From a bacterium (GTDB taxonomy: Bacteria > SAR324 > NAC60-12): 21,710 bases of DNA. The DNA is taken from NCBI GenBank assembly GCA_965233585.1, contig CBDDTI010000380.1:1-21710 (forward strand), in the 5' to 3' direction. The notes beneath the pieces were generated by a model. It was given only the letters and a program-made list of their open reading frames with translations. It was not told the origin of the DNA and did no database searches. Below, in pieces: positions 19,708 to 21,710 of this stretch (position 1 is its first letter; each line of letters opens with the position of its first letter). The position numbers and the translations under genes were made by a program.

Positions 19708-20334
19708 ATGAGTTGGCCCTGTCCTGTTTGTCAAAAGGATTTTTCTAGAAAAGATAATTTGCAAAGACATATGAACAGTAAACACAGTGATTCCAATTTC
19801 GCTCCAGTCATACCGATGTCTCAAGAGAAGTGTCAGCGGTTTCAATTGGTTCATCCATTTAATGCGACGCACTATTCCGCTGAGCGGTGTCAGCGGTTTC
19901 AGTTTGAACATCCATTTACTTGCATGGTGGCTGGGATGACCGGTTCGGGAAAAACTGTCTGGGTACAATCACTGTTACAACAAGCTCAAACCGTGATTGA
20001 TCAACCACCGGAGAGAATAATCTGGTGTTACTCACAGTGGCAACCCGCCTACACGCAACTATTGATGATGATACCGACAATCGAATTTGTCAAGGGGATC
20101 CCGGAATCTCTGGAAAATGATTCCTATTTAGATGTCAACATACGCAACCTGATTATCATTGACGATCAAATGATTGAAGCCGGGAAAGATAATCGGATCG
20201 TGAACCTGTTTACAAAAGGATCGCATCACCGAAATCTGAGCGTTATTTACATTGTGCAAAATCTGTTCCATCAAGGCAAAGGCAACCGAAGCATCAGCTT
20301 GAACAGTCATTACTTGGTTTCCATCACTTTTTGA
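19708..20334 (+). pseudogene. C2H2 zinc finger fused to A32/FtsK-like DNA packaging ATPase, C-terminally truncated
   Basis: CPVC..FSRKDNLQRHMNSKH finger; HPFTCMVAGMTGSGKT (Walker A), LIIIDD (Walker B), GSHHRNLSVIYIVQNLF and ISLNSHYLV motifs. Breaks at ~20319 into copied sequence. TATATAAAT at 19647-19655 upstream. Confidence 0.85.
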
Positions 20335-20366
20335 AAGGTGTAATCTTTCTTCATCGCTCGCTGGCC

Positions 20367-20738
20367 TTAGTCTTCATCTTGTGGAATCGGTTGCTTCACA
20401 AACAATCGATTAAGCAAGAATTTCCGCTTATCGATGGCTAGTTCTGTCGATTCTAACCAATCAAATCCATCTGTATCTTTGAGATCTTTCTGAGTTTCCA
20501 TCACTTTTTGAAAGGTGTAATCTTTCTTCATCGCTCGCATCCATTGCAGATACTCTAACCGTACTTTTCTCAGTTCTTTTCTGTAGAGAGGAAGGAGAGC
20601 GTTCTGCGCTTTAAGGTGAGCTACATTTTCCGAATCTCCGTTTCTTTGGTACTCGTCGACCAAAGCATTGAGCTGAACCTCGTGGCGTTCCTGAGCTTCA
20701 TCTAATATGCGCGACCAAGGTTTTAAGTGCTCGGTCAC
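20367..20738 (-). CDS. Hypothetical helical protein of the Polinton-like element (frame open upstream to 20936)
   Basis: 123-aa ORF with natural composition (PW..ILDEA...KKDYTFQKVMET...AIDKRKFLLNRLF). No function assignable. Confidence 0.6.
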   Translation of the reverse strand: MTEHLKPWSRILDEAQERHEVQLNALVDEYQRNGDSENVAHLKAQNALLPLYRKELRKVRLEYLQWMRAMKKDYTFQKVMETQKDLKDTDGFDWLESTELAIDKRKFLLNRLFVKQPIPQDED

Positions 20739-21014
20739 TTCTTGGGAAGAATCCGTTTCATGACTAGACTGGGAAGAATCTGTTTCTGGGCTAGATTGAG
20801 AGTCTTCACTGTCTTCGTAATATCCATTACCTCGTTGAAGAAGGCAGTAATTATAACCGTTGCTCCAAGACTTTTTCTTTTCGTTTAAACAGCACGAGCT
20901 TTCACAGCAAACTGAACGGCAAGTGGAGCGCCGTCTTTAAAACAAGCAGTGAAAATGTGAAGCTTATGGGACGCGGTTTAGTGTCACGAGCTACTGATAC
21001 TGCAGGCGGGGTTA

Positions 21015-21467
21015 CTAAGATCTCTTCTCTGTGTTTGGCCCCTCATCGTCTCCATACAAAGTGAGCCACTCAGGAACTGAATCTGCTGTTGTTTTATCAT
21101 GTTTGATGTTATTGGCTGCTTTTCTAACGCCTCTTGGTAGAGATTTCAGTGATTTCTTTAGTCCTTTTGGTAGAGGTTTCAGGGATTTCTTTACTCCTCT
21201 TGGTGTTGATAAATGATGGACTATTGTATCCTTTTCCTCTTCGTGCACTGATAGAGGTGTTTCACTTGTTGTAGGTCTTAATCCCTGGCTGCTCTTTGCT
21301 GGATAGATCATCTCTCTAACCTTAGGTTGTAATTTCGCTTCTTGTAACCACTTCCTTCGATTTATATAATCTAATCCATGTACATCTGTGAGATGATTAG
21401 ACAATCTGACGAGATATTTTGCTCCACAATTCGGAATCGGGCAATCGCGGCACACGCGTTTAGTCAT
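21015..21467 (-). CDS. Hypothetical protein with N-terminal C2H2-like zinc finger and basic repeats
   Basis: CPIPNC...LSNHLTDVH motif; PRGVKKSLKPL/PKGLKKSLKSL/PRGVRK repeats; intact ATG-to-stop frame of 150 aa. Confidence 0.65.
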   Translation of the reverse strand: MTKRVCRDCPIPNCGAKYLVRLSNHLTDVHGLDYINRRKWLQEAKLQPKVREMIYPAKSSQGLRPTTSETPLSVHEEEKDTIVHHLSTPRGVKKSLKPLPKGLKKSLKSLPRGVRKAANNIKHDKTTADSVPEWLTLYGDDEGPNTEKRS

Positions 21468-21530
21468 ATTACAGTTCGAGATCTCGGCAAAAAATAAAAC
21501 AGTTCCAGCGAATTTTAACCTTTTATGCGA

Positions 21531-21645
21531 AGGTCAAAAAGGACACGACACAGGACAAAAAGGCCACAACACAGGCCAAAAAGGACTTTTGAGGGCCTAA
21601 AAGGACAAAACGAGGCCAATCAGGACAAAAGGGCAGAAGGGGCAC
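21531..21645 (+). repeat. Short periodic repeat of AGG(A/T/C)CA motifs (~10- and 21-bp period)
   Basis: AGGTCAAAAAGGACACGACAC AGGACAAAAAGGCCACAACAC AGGCCAAAAAGGAC..., decaying rightwards. Confidence 0.75.
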
Positions 21646-21710
21646 CTTTTTAGCTCTGTGTTTTTCCCTGGGCGCGCGTGGAGTGTCGCGTGGAGCACGC
21701 GCGCGTGGCT

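Overview
AT-rich eukaryotic (animal) genomic DNA. The repeat types suggest a cnidarian such as a stony coral, but this is inference. Left to right: (1) the last two coding exons of an anoctamin/TMEM16 gene (+), with repeat-filled introns; (2) a 5'-truncated Tx1/L1-clade LINE on the minus strand, whose single reading frame is broken by an in-frame duplication carrying two TGA codons; (3) a ~1.9-kb array of essentially identical 244-bp units, each with a tRNA-like cloverleaf (GGC anticodon), TATA, A/B boxes and a T6 terminator, which appears to lie inside the LINE's target-site duplication and begins with a 103-bp fold-back; (4) MITE/LINE remnants, a diverged tandem duplication and low-complexity DNA; (5) two spliced minus-strand exons of an unidentified host gene; (6) a decayed Polinton/Maverick-like (adintovirus-like) endogenous element with a C2H2 zinc finger fused to an A32-like packaging ATPase, several orphan ORFs, a nested TTAA-TSD transposon and diverged inverted repeats. 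Short locally templated insertions mark several breakpoints. No database searches were run; family names rest on motif recognition.
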